The notes: generated by a model from the sequence alone, not told the origin. A stretch of 64,000 nucleotides of DNA from an uncultured Gemmatimonadales bacterium (GCA_963798085.1 CAWCRS010000001.1:352001-416000), one strand, 5' to 3'; shown: positions 30,047-40,893, counted from the first letter of the stretch. Program-made: numbers and translations.

Positions 30047-30735
30047 GCGCCATGACGAAGCACCCGCTGCGCGATTACACCGCGTCCGTCGAGGACTACC
30101 TCAAGGCGATCTACGAGATCGAAGCGAGCAGCGGTGCGGCCGGCACGAACGAGATCGCGGACCGGCTGGCAGTAGCCTCGGCTTCCGTCAGCGGCATGAT
30201 CCGTCGTCTCGCGGACCAGGGCCTGCTCGAGCACGAGAAGTATCGCGGCGTGCGTCTCACGCACGCGGGAAGGCGGGTAGCACTGGGAACGATTCGTCGC
30301 CACCGCATCATCGAATCGTACCTGATGCAGGCACTCGGCTATCCCTGGGACCGCGTGCACGAAGAAGCGGAGCGACTCGAGCACGCGGCCTCCGACGAGC
30401 TGGTCGATCGCATGGCGGCCGCGATTGACGAGCCCGCCGTCGATCCGCACGGCGCGCCCATTCCCACGCGTGACGGCCGTGTTGCCGAGAGTCCCTCGGT
30501 GCCGCTCTCCGCGCTCGAGCCCGGTCAGACCGGTCACCTCATGCGCGTCGAGGACGAAGACGCGGACCTGCTGCGCTATCTCGATCAGCTCGGCCTCCAC
30601 CTGGGCGTCGCCATCACCCTGATCGCGCGCGCGCCCTTCGATGGCCCGCTCACACTGCGCGCCGGCGCCGAGCCGGGCACCGAGCACATCATCGGTATCG
30701 CACTCGCGCACCGTCTCCAGGTCTGCCCCGAGTAG
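30043..30735 (+). CDS. mntR: DtxR/MntR metal-dependent regulator with C-terminal FeoA domain
   Basis: SVEDYLKAIY, RRHRIIE.YL, VHEEAERLEHA, DPHGAPIP. Confidence 0.92.
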   Translation: MSAMTKHPLRDYTASVEDYLKAIYEIEASSGAAGTNEIADRLAVASASVSGMIRRLADQGLLEHEKYRGVRLTHAGRRVALGTIRRHRIIESYLMQALGYPWDRVHEEAERLEHAASDELVDRMAAAIDEPAVDPHGAPIPTRDGRVAESPSVPLSALEPGQTGHLMRVEDEDADLLRYLDQLGLHLGVAITLIARAPFDGPLTLRAGAEPGTEHIIGIALAHRLQVCPE

Positions 30736-30973
30736 CGCTCACACAAGCACAAACCGCCTCCCAACCACGGCACCCCGCGGTGTGAGCGCGAGCCTCGCCT
30801 GCGCGCACGATCACACCCGCTCGCAGGCGGGTGCGACTGGCCCCGTCGCACTGGACGGACTCAAATCACGGCGATTATAGTCGGAGCGATTGCAGGTCCC
30901 CGCGGCATTGACGGAGAGCCCCGGATCGCGCAATGGCCGGTCGCATTCACTGACGCGTTTCCACGGAGCCGTC

Positions 30974-31345
30974 ATGACGCGCAGCCAGTCCCCCGCACCC
31001 GAGTCGTTTCTGCCGCTGCGCACGGAGCTGCTCTTCATGCTGCTGGTGCTCGCGCGCGGGCCCCGCCACGGCTATGCACTGCTCGAGGCCGTGGAGGCGG
31101 AGTCACAGGGCGAGGTCCGCATCCTGACCGGTTCGCTGTACCGCTTCGTCGGTCAGTTGCAGGAGAGCGGCCTGATCGAGGAAGTGGCGCCTCCGTCGCA
31201 TGAGGCGTCCGCGGATGAGCGACGGCGCTATTACGGTGTTACCCGCCTGGGCCGGGATGTCGCGAACGCCGAAGTGGCGCGACTGCGCCGGGTGCTGGCC
31301 CTGGCGGATGCCACCAGCCGGACGCGTTCGCCGCGGCGCGCATGA
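30974..31345 (+). CDS. PadR family transcriptional regulator
   Basis: LLVLARGPRHGYALL, GSLYR, DERRRYYGVTRLG. Confidence 0.92.
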   Translation: MTRSQSPAPESFLPLRTELLFMLLVLARGPRHGYALLEAVEAESQGEVRILTGSLYRFVGQLQESGLIEEVAPPSHEASADERRRYYGVTRLGRDVANAEVARLRRVLALADATSRTRSPRRA

Positions 31346-34139
31346 TGCCGGCGACGATGCTCTTCCGGCTCTGGCTCGCCCTCTTCCCGCCCCGCTACCG
31401 CCGGCGTTTCGCGGACGAAGCGCTGGCCGGCTGGGAGCGCGCCCGATCCAACGCCTCGTTAGGGGGCCGCTCCGCTCTGGCGGCGTTCTGGCTGCACAAC
31501 TCGCTGGACGTGGTCAGCGCCGCCGGACACGAATGGCTGTCCGTGCTGCGCGGCCCGGTCGCGGCGCCGCGCGCTGGTCGCCTGCCGGGCCGTGGCGCCG
31601 GCGTGCTCGACGGCGTGAGCGGCGATGTGCGCAACGCCGCGCGCACACTCGCGCGCAGGCCCCTGCTCACGGGCATCATCATGCTGACGCTGGCGCTGGG
31701 CATTGGCGCCAATGCGGCTGTGTTCTCGCTGCTCGACGCGGTGCTGCTGCACCCGTTGCCGGTGCGCGATCCCGCCACGGTCGTCTCGGTCTTTCAGGCG
31801 CTCAATGCGCACACGCCCTATTTCGGTACCGCCTACCCCACGTGGCAGGACCTGCGCCGGGAAAGCAAGTCACTGCAGGACCTGGCCGCGTTCACCGTGC
31901 TGGATGTCGGGCTGCGCGCCGGTACGGCATCCGACCGCGTGGCTGCCGGCCTGGTAACGGGCAATTACTTCGCGGTACTGGGCGTGAACGCACAGCACGG
32001 TCGTCTGCTGCAGGAATCGGATGCGACGAAGCCGGGCGACGCGCCCGTCGTCGTGCTCGGTGATGCGCTCTGGCATTGCATGTTCGGTGGTGATGCGGCC
32101 GTTGTGGGTCGCAGCATTGAGCTGGGCGGCTATCCATTCACCGTCATCGGCATTGCCCCGCGCGGGTTTCGCGGCACCGAGCTGTCCAGTGTGCCCGAGC
32201 TCTTCATACCCGTGACGATGGTCCGCCAGGTGGCGCGCAGTGGTCTCTACGCGCAGGAAGTGCTGGCGACGCGCTGGTTCTCCTGGCTGCGCATGGTCGG
32301 ACGGCTGCGCCCACCGGGTCGTGACGGCGAGGCTGGCGCATTGATGGCGCAGGCAAGCGCGGAGCTGAACGCGACCATGGCGGGCATTCGCGCCGAGTTC
32401 CCGGCCGAGTTCTCGAGGCGAGATCCCACCTCGGGCCGGATCAGTCTGCTGCCTGTCAACGCGGGTGTGCTCGCAGGCAGTCGCACGGAGCTTCAGCATT
32501 TCCTTGCGATGCCCCTGGCCGTGGTCGCGCTCACGCTCCTCATTGCCTGCCTCAACGTGGCGACACTGCTGCTGGTGCGCGCGGCGGAGCGAACGCGCGA
32601 GTTCGGCGTGCGTGCCGCGATCGGGGCTGGGCGCGCGAGGCTCGCGCGCCAGGTGCTCACGGAGAGTCTGCTGCTTGCGGGCGGCGGCGCCGTCCTCAGC
32701 CTGGGCTTCATCTACAGCACGACGACGCTGCTGCGGCGCTTCACGCTGCCCGGCGATGTACGCATTGACGGGCTCGACCTGGCCCTGGACACGCGCGTGG
32801 TGTGGGTTGCGCTGGCGCTGGCGTTGCTGACAGCGCTGTTATTCGGTGTGATGCCCGCGTGGCGGGCGTCACGGCTGGATCCGAAGCTGGCGATCAGCGG
32901 GCAGGGTGCACTGGACGCGCATCGCGGCGGCCGGCTGCGCACGGCGCTGGTCTCCGCACAGGTGGGACTTTCCCTCGTGCTGGTGATTGGCGCCACACTG
33001 TTCCTGCGCAGCATGGGTCGCGGTCTTCACACGGACCTCGGCTTCAATGGCCGGGGCGTGGCCGCCATTCTCGTTCGGGCTGCGCCAGCAGGGCTACGAT
33101 GCCGGCCGAGCCACGGCGTTCTACGAGGCACTGCTGCGTCGCGTGGCATTGTCGCCTGACATTGACGCGGTTGCGCTGGCAACGCACGTACCCATCGCGA
33201 CACGGCGAACCGCGACGCCCGTCACAGCGAACGTGAGCACGGGTCCGCAGCCGCCACCACCCGGCTCCATGCCCGCAAGCATGACGGCGGTGAACGCGGT
33301 GGCCGGCGACTACCTGCGCGTGCTGGGCATCCGGCTGGTAGCGGGCAGCGGTTTCGCAGGCGACGAGGGTGCGGCATCGCCGGCCGTCGCGCTCGTCAGC
33401 GAGGCGGCCGCGCGCAAGTTCTGGCCGGGCGCGAGCGCGGTCGGCAAACAGCTCCAGCTGGTGCCCGGCGTGGGCCGGCCCATCACGGTGCTGGGCGTCG
33501 TCGCGGACGTGCGCGCCCACGCGCTCGACGAGCCCGCGCCGGCCTACGTCTATGTGCCCGCGCTGCAGGCGCTCGATATCGGCCCGCTCGATGAGGTGAG
33601 CGTGCTCGCGCGCACCCGCGGCGCCGGCGGTGATGCCCTCGCGCTGCTGCGTCGCACACTGGCCGATCTCGACCCCGCACTGCCGCTCTTCAATGCCCAT
33701 CTCGGTGAGCGACCAGATCGATGCCGTACTCATGCCGCAACGTTTCGGGCTCACGCTGCTCGGCATCTTCGGCACGGTCGCACTGCTGATTGCCGCGGTC
33801 GGCATCTACGGGGTGGTCGCGTACACGGTGACACTGCGCTGGAAGGAAATGAGTCTGCGCGTGGCTCTGGGCGCCCGCCCCTGGCAGGTGGCGCGTCTGG
33901 CCGCACGCGATGTGGGCATCGCCGTGGCGGCGGGAGGCGTGGCCGGCCTGATGACAGCCATGTTCGCGGCCCGCCTGCTCGCGCCTTTCCTCTACGGCGT
34001 GGGCGCACGCGATGCGGAGTCGCTGGCGGGCGCTGTGGTTACCGTGGGTGCGGTCACTACCGTCGCCGCGCTGCTGCCGGCGCTCCGGGCGAGGCACGCG
34101 CACGCGGCATCCGTGCTGCGGGCGCCTTCTGGTGGCTGA
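31342..34139 (+). CDS. ADOP/MacB-FtsX-type duplicated ABC permease (frameshifts ~33067 and ~33703)
   Basis: Three frames join: TLALGIGANAAVFS / LLIACLNVA / ...DPALPL / GIYGVVAY...EMSLRVALGA. Confidence 0.85.
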
Positions 34140-34157
34140 GGCCTCTACTGAGTTTGT

Positions 34158-35122
34158 ACGGCGAGGGCGCGGAGGACGGAAACTTCATCATCACACAGAG
34201 GAAGGAACAGAAGGAACGGAGGACACGGGGCACGGATTCCGGGGAATCGCGGGGCAGGCTCCCGGGTGGGGAGGTGATGCCCCGGGGTGCGGTCGAGGAT
34301 GAGGAGGTGATGCGGGCGGGCAAGTCGAGGGTGGTGTGATGTGTGGAGAGCCTGATCTAACTACAGGTTATGTGCTATCGCGTGTTCCGGACGCGACTGC
34401 TCATTGGCGCCGGCACACAAACGGACTTTGACCTGGTGACGCCGGTGCCGGCCAATGGCCCGGTTTGTCGATCTCGGTATGTGATGCAACGCGAATGATC
34501 GTGCGGCGGCGGCCTCCCGAACGCCCGCGAGCCGAGCCGTAACTGAGGAACCCTGGGCAATCCAATGCGCACCGGGCGCCGGGGGTAATGCACATGGTCT
34601 CGATTCCCGACACGCCTGTCGCGAAGACCCCAGGCTCAGGCGCGACGCGGTGATTCGCCGCTGGTCTTCGAGGCAACCCAGTTGAGCAGCATCAGGCACG
34701 GCACTATGTACGGGAATATCCCGTAGAGTGTGTCGCTCACGGAATGCGAGTGCCGGTCCACTGCGGTGAACACCTGGCCGCAGAAGATCAGCGCCAGAAT
34801 CAGCAGCGCAAATCCCTGCCACCGCACCGGTCTGTAGATCCACCCCCACGACGCAAACCAGCGGCGCTCCATTTCATGCCTCCCGCGTTGCCATCCTGTC
34901 GCCGGGACTTCCCATCATGTTTACCAGATGATCGCATACCACCCACGCGAAGCGCACTCCCAGCATCCTGATCGCCGCACACGACGTGACTTCCGGCAGT
35001 CGGGATCAGAAAGAGGCCGAAGCGTCTCACCACTCCACCAATCCGTCCCCTGTGCCCCCCATCCCCTCCCGTCCTTCCTCTGTGTGATGATGCAGTGAAT
35101 CCGTTCTCCGCGCCCTCTCCGT
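34158..35122. repeat. ~50-bp inverted repeats (34158-34206 / 35072-35122) bracketing a small cargo segment
   Basis: ACGGCGAGGGCGCGGAGGACGGAAACTTCATCATCACACAGAGGAAGGA versus reverse complement ACGGAGAGGGCGCGGAGAACGGATTCACTGCATCATCACACAGAGGAAGGA. Confidence 0.8.
34636..34872 (-). CDS. Small two-TM membrane protein (78 aa)
   Basis: GGGAGG RBS; WF..WGWIYRPV.WQG + TM + DRHSHSVSDTLYGIFPY + TM. Confidence 0.7.
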   Translation of the reverse strand: MERRWFASWGWIYRPVRWQGFALLILALIFCGQVFTAVDRHSHSVSDTLYGIFPYIVPCLMLLNWVASKTSGESPRRA

Positions 35123-35226
35123 CAGGACTCCGTCAGGACTCCGTCAGACTCTCGTCAGACTCTCCGTCAGACTCTCCGTCAGACCTCTCGTCAGACTCTC
35201 TGTCGGACTCTACGTCAAACTCTCTG
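35117..35226. repeat. Degenerate 11-12-bp tandem repeat (CTCCGTCAGACT)
   Basis: About 8-9 consecutive variants. Confidence 0.8.
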
Positions 35227-35841
35227 TTACCCACCGTGTCCCCCACCCCCGGTGGCGCGCGGCGGTGTGATCATGATGTGGGCGCCGGGCGTCCCGGGGA
35301 ACATGATCCAGGGGTCGGTCGTCGAGCCCATGATGGAGAGCCCGGTGGATTCGGCTGTGGCGCCGGGGATGTAGATCGTGGTGCGTCGATACTCGCCTTC
35401 CACCTTGCCGGTCGCGGGATCGAATTGTTTGCCGGAGAGTGTGTAGAGCACGGCGGGCTTTTCCGGCATTCTGAGTGTGCCCTGCTGGGCTTCGGCCCAG
35501 CGCTTCTGGTTACGGGCCTCGCCTTGTACGCCCTGCGCCAGCAGTTCGCGGCCGCGGGCCATGTAGGGTTCGAGCGAGATGTGGTAGCAGTCGACCTCGA
35601 AGCCTGTGCGCTTCGGGTCATCGGCCAGGCAGACCATGTCGTTGGTGCCGGCGCGGAGCTGCGTGAATTTGCCGTCGGCGCCCCAGCCCAGCACGCGGGC
35701 CCCGGCGCGCCGGTCCTCGGGTGCGGCCAGCACGGCGGCGGAGATCTGCTCGCTGGGAGGCGGTGCCTGTGCCTGTGCGACGGCGGCGCTGAAGAACGGC
35801 GTCGCCAATAAACTGGCTGTTAGAAGCGTTGCGCGTGTCAT
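35227..35841 (-). CDS. Secreted hypothetical protein
   Basis: GAGGAG RBS; signal peptide; LRAGTNDMVCLADDP, PWIMFPGTPGAHIMI. Confidence 0.75.
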   Translation of the reverse strand: MTRATLLTASLLATPFFSAAVAQAQAPPPSEQISAAVLAAPEDRRAGARVLGWGADGKFTQLRAGTNDMVCLADDPKRTGFEVDCYHISLEPYMARGRELLAQGVQGEARNQKRWAEAQQGTLRMPEKPAVLYTLSGKQFDPATGKVEGEYRRTTIYIPGATAESTGLSIMGSTTDPWIMFPGTPGAHIMITPPRATGGGGHGG

Positions 35842-35921
35842 CGACTCCTCCATGGGTAAGGCGCTGCGGGCGCCGCTCGTGGCGCCCCTCGAATATACCG
35901 GTGGAACTGTGCCCGCTCGTG

Positions 35922-37106
35922 TCAGAGCGTGCGCAGGAAGCGCAGCAGTGCGGCACGCGTGGCCAGGTCCATGCCCTCGAACGCGCGGCTCGATGCTGCG
36001 GCCTCGCCGCCGTGCAGCTGAATCGCGATGTCCAGGTTGCGCGCGGCGGAGTTGTGCATGAACGGCTGGCGCAGGCGCAGTCCCATGAGTGGCGCGGTGC
36101 GCAACTCGGAGGGAGCGGCGCCACGGCCGCAGATGCTGTTCATGTCATGCCCCAGGTCGTGCAGCAGCAGATCCGAATAGAGTGCGACGTTCTTGCGATC
36201 CAGCACCGGCACATCACTCGGGCCGGTCTTCATGATGGGCACGTGGCAGCTGGCGCAGCCCGCACTCAGGAAGGCGCGTTCGCCGCGACGCACGGTGTCC
36301 GCGGCCGCGCCGGTAACTGCAGCCCGTTCGGGCACGGCGAGGTAGCGGACGAAGTCGGTGATGAGCGCGAGGGCGGAGTCGGGGATCTCGGGATCGGGCG
36401 CGGGATCGACACCGGCAGGAAGCGGCCGGCCGTTCACCTTTTCTTCTTCGGGGTGAATTGTCGTCGTCAGACCCATCTCGACGATCAGTGCTTCCGCAAT
36501 GAAATCGCGCAGCGAAACGAATTCGGCGCGCCGGCCGAAGCGGCCGATGTGGCCGGTCGCATCGCGACCGACGCGGCCGGAAATGCCGTCATGGTTGCTG
36601 TCGGCGGAATCAGCGCGTGCGGCGATCTCGTTTTCCGGGATCGCTTCCACCAGGCCCAGACCATACAGCGAGGGGGGCGTGATGGATGCCTGCTCGGTGG
36701 CGTCGGCGGGTATTGCCTCGAGCTTGCCGCCGTGCGCCAGCAGCGCCGCCGTTGCGCGCTGCTGAATCACATCGCCGCCTTCCGCCTCGAGCAGATCGCA
36801 GCGCTGGTTCGCCTCGTCCCAGTGCGTGGCCTTCGTCACGTGCTCGGCGCCGTAGCCACCGAGCGCCGGCAGATCGTGACAGGAGCTGCAGCGATGCTGG
36901 TTGTAGAGCGGGCCGAGTCCTTCCGCATCGGTGAACTCGTGATGGAAAAGATCGCGCCCGCGCTGGAAGCGGCCGAGCCGTGTGGCATCGAGGCCTGGCA
37001 GCGGCTCACCGGGTGCCGCGTAGCCTTCGCCCTGAATGACATCGGCGGCGCCGCGCGCACAGGCTGCACTGGCAAGCGTGAGCAGCAGAATCGGGAGCTT
37101 CGTCAT
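35922..37106 (-). CDS. Di-heme oxidoreductase (DHOR-like) lipoprotein
   Basis: Lipobox SAAC; GLGPLYN..CSSCH and GCASCH; YGLGLVEAIP, GRFG, YSDLLLHDLG, RTAPLMGL, HGGEA. Confidence 0.88.
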   Translation of the reverse strand: MTKLPILLLTLASAACARGAADVIQGEGYAAPGEPLPGLDATRLGRFQRGRDLFHHEFTDAEGLGPLYNQHRCSSCHDLPALGGYGAEHVTKATHWDEANQRCDLLEAEGGDVIQQRATAALLAHGGKLEAIPADATEQASITPPSLYGLGLVEAIPENEIAARADSADSNHDGISGRVGRDATGHIGRFGRRAEFVSLRDFIAEALIVEMGLTTTIHPEEEKVNGRPLPAGVDPAPDPEIPDSALALITDFVRYLAVPERAAVTGAAADTVRRGERAFLSAGCASCHVPIMKTGPSDVPVLDRKNVALYSDLLLHDLGHDMNSICGRGAAPSELRTAPLMGLRLRQPFMHNSAARNLDIAIQLHGGEAAASSRAFEGMDLATRAALLRFLRTL

Positions 37107-37450
37107 TACGACCAGTGGTTTGCGTACGCGTTCAAGCTCGCGCAGGATGGCCCCGGCTCGCAAGTCTTGCCAGTGCCCGCGGAAACACGCTACTGCCAGC
37201 CACCGCGAGCCATGCCGACCGGGGACGTCGCACGAAACACACACGTAGATTGCAGCACGCTCGCCTGACCGCTGTGCTCTTCGCCTGCGCGGCGAACGCG
37301 CAAGCAGGATGTGCCGGCGAGAGGAACGCTGCGTCGTCGTCTGCCATCCGCGATGACAGCGTCGCGGTGGGGCGTGCACTGGCGCGCTGCACAGCGTTCA
37401 ATCCTGCATCACCTCGAATCGAACGGATTGCCGTGATTCACTGCAAACCG

Positions 37451-37960
37451 TCAGCGGTCGGTCTTGCGTGAAATCTCGAAGCGAATCGACTTGAGCGAGT
37501 CGGCGGCTGGCGGCAACTCCGCGTTGCCGGCCGGGAAGCCGTTGTACTGCAGCAGGAACGCCAGGATGTCTGACAGCTTGTTCTGTTCGAGTGGGGGCGG
37601 CGGCGGTGTGTCGGGCGGCATCTCGCGCATTTTCTGATTCAGCTCCGCCAGCATCTTGCCGTTCCAGTTCACGAGGAAGTCCTGGCCCTTGAGCGGTGCC
37701 CCGTCGTCCACGCCTTCGAGGTCTTCGCCGTGACACTTCACGCACTTGTCGTAGTACAGGTCCGCGCCGCGCTTCGCCTGGGTGGCCGTGTAGACGCTGT
37801 CCCAGACCGAGCGATCGGCACGGGGGCCTTCTAACAGCGTATTTCCGGGTGCGGGTGGTCGCGCGGCGGGCAGCACGAGCAGCGCGATCAGTCCGGTCGC
37901 GGCCGCGGCGGGCAGGAGAACGCTACGGGAGCGGTGACGGGGTGTGGGTTCGGAGCGCAT
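37451..37960 (-). CDS. Monoheme c-type cytochrome
   Basis: TM anchor; VWDSVYTATQAKRG..Y..KCVKCHG; distal MP; NGFPAG..EL. Confidence 0.88.
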   Translation of the reverse strand: MRSEPTPRHRSRSVLLPAAAATGLIALLVLPAARPPAPGNTLLEGPRADRSVWDSVYTATQAKRGADLYYDKCVKCHGEDLEGVDDGAPLKGQDFLVNWNGKMLAELNQKMREMPPDTPPPPPLEQNKLSDILAFLLQYNGFPAGNAELPPAADSLKSIRFEISRKTDR

Positions 37961-38496
37961 GAGTGTCGTGGTTCTTCCAGCGAGCGTGTTCGGATGCAGA
38001 GCTGCGGCCGGCACCGGCCGCTGCCGGGACAATGTGCTGCCCTGGCGCGCCCGCGCCAGTGGGTGGGCGGGAGGCACCGGGCGGGGCGGACATGGAGGAC
38101 GCGGATTCGCGTGAGATTACCTGGAGGGTTCTTGAGAACGGATCTCTTCACGCGGAGGATCGCAGAGGGACAGGGGGCACTGAGGACGGAGCGCGGGTGG
38201 GTGGTTTGCGCGTTTTCGGCCGTCCCATCCGGGGCCGTCGGTTCACCTCAAAGGTCACGGTGGCCCGTGATTCGGTCCGCAGCGGGCGCGCGAACGTGCG
38301 GTGCGGGCTGTTAGGACGGTGAAGAGAATCGGGGTGGATCGTCGTCTGAAATGCGGCGGGGACTGTGGATCCTGTGCGTGCCGGAGCGGGCTTGCCGGTG
38401 CCGGGACGGGGGTCTAGTTTGGGCGGTGCCGCAGGACTGAGGGGCAGCGTGCGGGCTGCCGGTTCCCCGATGAGCGACCGACCGAGTGAGGGAAGT

Positions 38497-39012
38497 ATGC
38501 GATATCCTGTCAGAACCCTGGGCGCAGTTGTCTTCTGCGCTGCCGCATTGCTGGCGGATCAGGCATGGCGCGGAACGTTGTGGGCGCAGGATGCCGGCGA
38601 GGTGCTGACGAACGAGTCGGTCGTGCAGATGGTTACGGGCAAGCTTTCGAAGGACCTGATTCTCGCCAAGATCCAGGGCACGAAGAATTCGTTCGACGTG
38701 ACGGCCGATGGTCTGATTGCGCTGACGACAGCCAGGGTCCCGGTCGAGATCCAGCGTGCGATGCTCAAGGCGGTGATGACGCCGAAGCCGGGCGAAACGC
38801 ACGCGGCGAGCAGTGAAGTGCTCACCAACGACATCGTGGTGCGCATGGTGCAGGGGAGGGTCTCGCAGGACCTGATCCTGACGAAGGTGTCGGGAACGAA
38901 GAACACGTTCGACCTGACCGCGAACGGCCTGGTCGCGCTGAATCAGAGCAAGGTGCCGAAGGCCGTGATCCAGGCGATGATGTCGGCGCCGCACGGCGGA
39001 CCGAAGCCCTGA
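38497..39012 (+). CDS. Secreted protein with two ~55-aa helical repeats
   Basis: Signal peptide; VLTNESVVQMV...LILAKI..TKNSFDVTADGLIAL and VLTNDIVVRMV...LILTKV..TKNTFDLTANGLVAL. Confidence 0.8.
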   Translation: MRYPVRTLGAVVFCAAALLADQAWRGTLWAQDAGEVLTNESVVQMVTGKLSKDLILAKIQGTKNSFDVTADGLIALTTARVPVEIQRAMLKAVMTPKPGETHAASSEVLTNDIVVRMVQGRVSQDLILTKVSGTKNTFDLTANGLVALNQSKVPKAVIQAMMSAPHGGPKP

Positions 39013-39053
39013 TTCGAGGTCCCGCCCGCACACGCGTCCCCGCTGCGTGATGA

Positions 39054-40419
39054 TCAGTTCGACTTCGACCAGGGCAGTGTGGGCAGCAGCAGGCCCCAGT
39101 CGAAGTTGACCGTGAGTGCGGGACTGATCCGGCCCACGAGCGGCGCAGTGTAGCCAACGGACACGGACGTGCCGCCCACTAACGGTATGTTGACCGCGGC
39201 GCGCAGCACGAGAAAATCGGTCTGCGTCCGTTCGGCGACGGAATCCGGGCGGTTCGAGTAGCGGAAATCCAGCCCGGTGGAGAAGCGTACCTCCTGCAGT
39301 GCATTGACCAGCCGGCTGCTCTCGAATCCCAGACCACCATCCAGCGCCCAGACCACACTGTCCGTCCGGATGCGCGGATTCGTGTAGCGCACGCCCAGGC
39401 GACCCTGAACCCCAACACGCACGGCTTCGGGATCGGCGGTCAGCGTGCGCCGGCCGAATGCGAAGCCGGCCTGCAGCGCGGTCATCTCCTTCGTGCTGTC
39501 GCCGGCGAGCGTGGGGTCGCCACGGTCGAAGCGCAGATCCACACCGAGGTAGTGCGCGTCCGCCTTCTCGCGCGCCAGCTCCAGGCTCTTGCGCAGTGCC
39601 CTGTAGTCGTCGGCGGAGAGACCCACGGTGACCTTGCCCAGGCAGGCGGCGGGCGTGTCGCCGTAGGCGCTGGCGGCAATGGCGGCCGCGCATTTCCGGA
39701 TGGCAACCGAATCCGGCAGGCTCTCCAGCGCCTGCGCGATCCTGCCGGCGAGGAGGCCTTCCTGCTCCAGGGCTGCGGTGAACGCGTTGTTAACGTCCTG
39801 CAGCAGCTGTTCCCCGGCAGAGAGGCCGGTGATGTTCAATCGTGCGCGCAGGCCCAGGTAACCCAGCCTGTCCGTAATGCTGCTGGTCGAGCCGGTGGAG
39901 ACGGGCACCAGCACCGTCACGTCGCCGAAGCGGCTCCACCGGGCGGCGGCAATGGAATCGGTCCCTCCAAACAGCGTAACAGGATTGAGCGAGAATGGCG
40001 GCAATGGTCTTGGTGCCATCGTTCGTGCCGGCAGTGGTCAGGTTGGCGGCCGCGAGGGCAGTGGGCAGTGTGGACGGCACAGCATCGGACTGGCCGGGGA
40101 CGCCGGACACGTTCGCAGTCATTGACCGTGATGATTGCAGCTTGCGCGCGGTCAGCTGCGTCGCGGTGTCGGACTTCGCGCGCACGTGGTAGAAGGTGTC
40201 CGTGATCGCGCCGACCAGGACAACCGCAAGCGTACGGCAATCGGCGCCATCGGGCGCGCCGCCCTCACGCGCGCGCAGTACGGCGCGGCACTCGGCCTGT
40301 GCATCGCGCTGCTGCGCGGCCAGCGGTACCGGCCCCATTGCGAACAGCGCGGCCAGCAGCGCCGCGCCACTCCAAACACTGTGTTCACGATGACCGCGCA
40401 TGGGCATTCTCCGTGTCAC
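39054..40419 (-). CDS. Secreted, probable outer-membrane protein (frameshift ~39993)
   Basis: Signal peptide (..PVPLAAQ) in the 40419 frame joins SLNPVTLFGG... in the 39054 frame; C-terminal amphipathic beta strands. Confidence 0.6.
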
Positions 40420-40733
40420 TGGACCGAGTAGACCCAGGTGGTGTCGCCGGTGATCTGTTCGTCATCCTTGATCTGATCGCCGACCTGGACGGTCAGCTGG
40501 CCCGCATCGTCGTCATCGGAAACGTCGACGAACGCGCGCAGAATGCCGGCCTTGCCGGCGGCGATGCCGACCGACCCGGTCGCGCCCGGCGCAATCACGG
40601 CAGTTTTCGCGATGGCCTTACCCGTGAACGGACCGAGGCCGACCATCAGGAACGCGGTGCCGCTGTTGTCGACCCCGGCCGCGAAACGTACGGTTACATC
40701 GCTGCCCACGGGGATGATGCCCTTGAACGCCAT
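40416..40733 (-). CDS. 105-aa beta-rich hypothetical protein, no signal peptide
   Basis: GGAGG RBS; typical codon usage; GTGA overlap with the next gene. Confidence 0.7.
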   Translation of the reverse strand: MAFKGIIPVGSDVTVRFAAGVDNSGTAFLMVGLGPFTGKAIAKTAVIAPGATGSVGIAAGKAGILRAFVDVSDDDDAGQLTVQVGDQIKDDEQITGDTTWVYSVQ

Positions 40734-40826
40734 GACGCCCTCCGCCTTCATGTAGATGTGCGCAACAGGAGTGCGTAATCCTGCCGCGCGGGCGGCCACC
40801 CCAGCCAATGTAATGCCGCGAGATGT

Positions 40827-40865
40827 AAACACAGAACGCCTGCCGCGGCGCGCGCGACAGGCGTC
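40827..40865 (-). terminator. Intrinsic terminator after the peptide genes
   Basis: Minus strand ACGCCTGTCGCG...CGCGGCAGGCGT 12-bp stem followed by TCTGTGTTT. Confidence 0.7.
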
Positions 40866-40893
40866 CTGAGTGTTTCGCGGCTTCCCGGTTGGA

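Noticed and set aside
34350..34545. Integron attC/attI-like sequence downstream of the small gene at 34636
   Set aside because: Only fragments (CTAAC..., GTTA...) are present; no properly paired R/L boxes and no integrase.
12646..39997. Programmed frameshifting at GAGAATG/CATTCTC (three frameshifts fall on this heptamer: 12646, 33066, 39991)
   Set aside because: Not a known slippery sequence; it occurs in both orientations and also in intact frames (1210, 45207). Base-calling error or chance is more likely.
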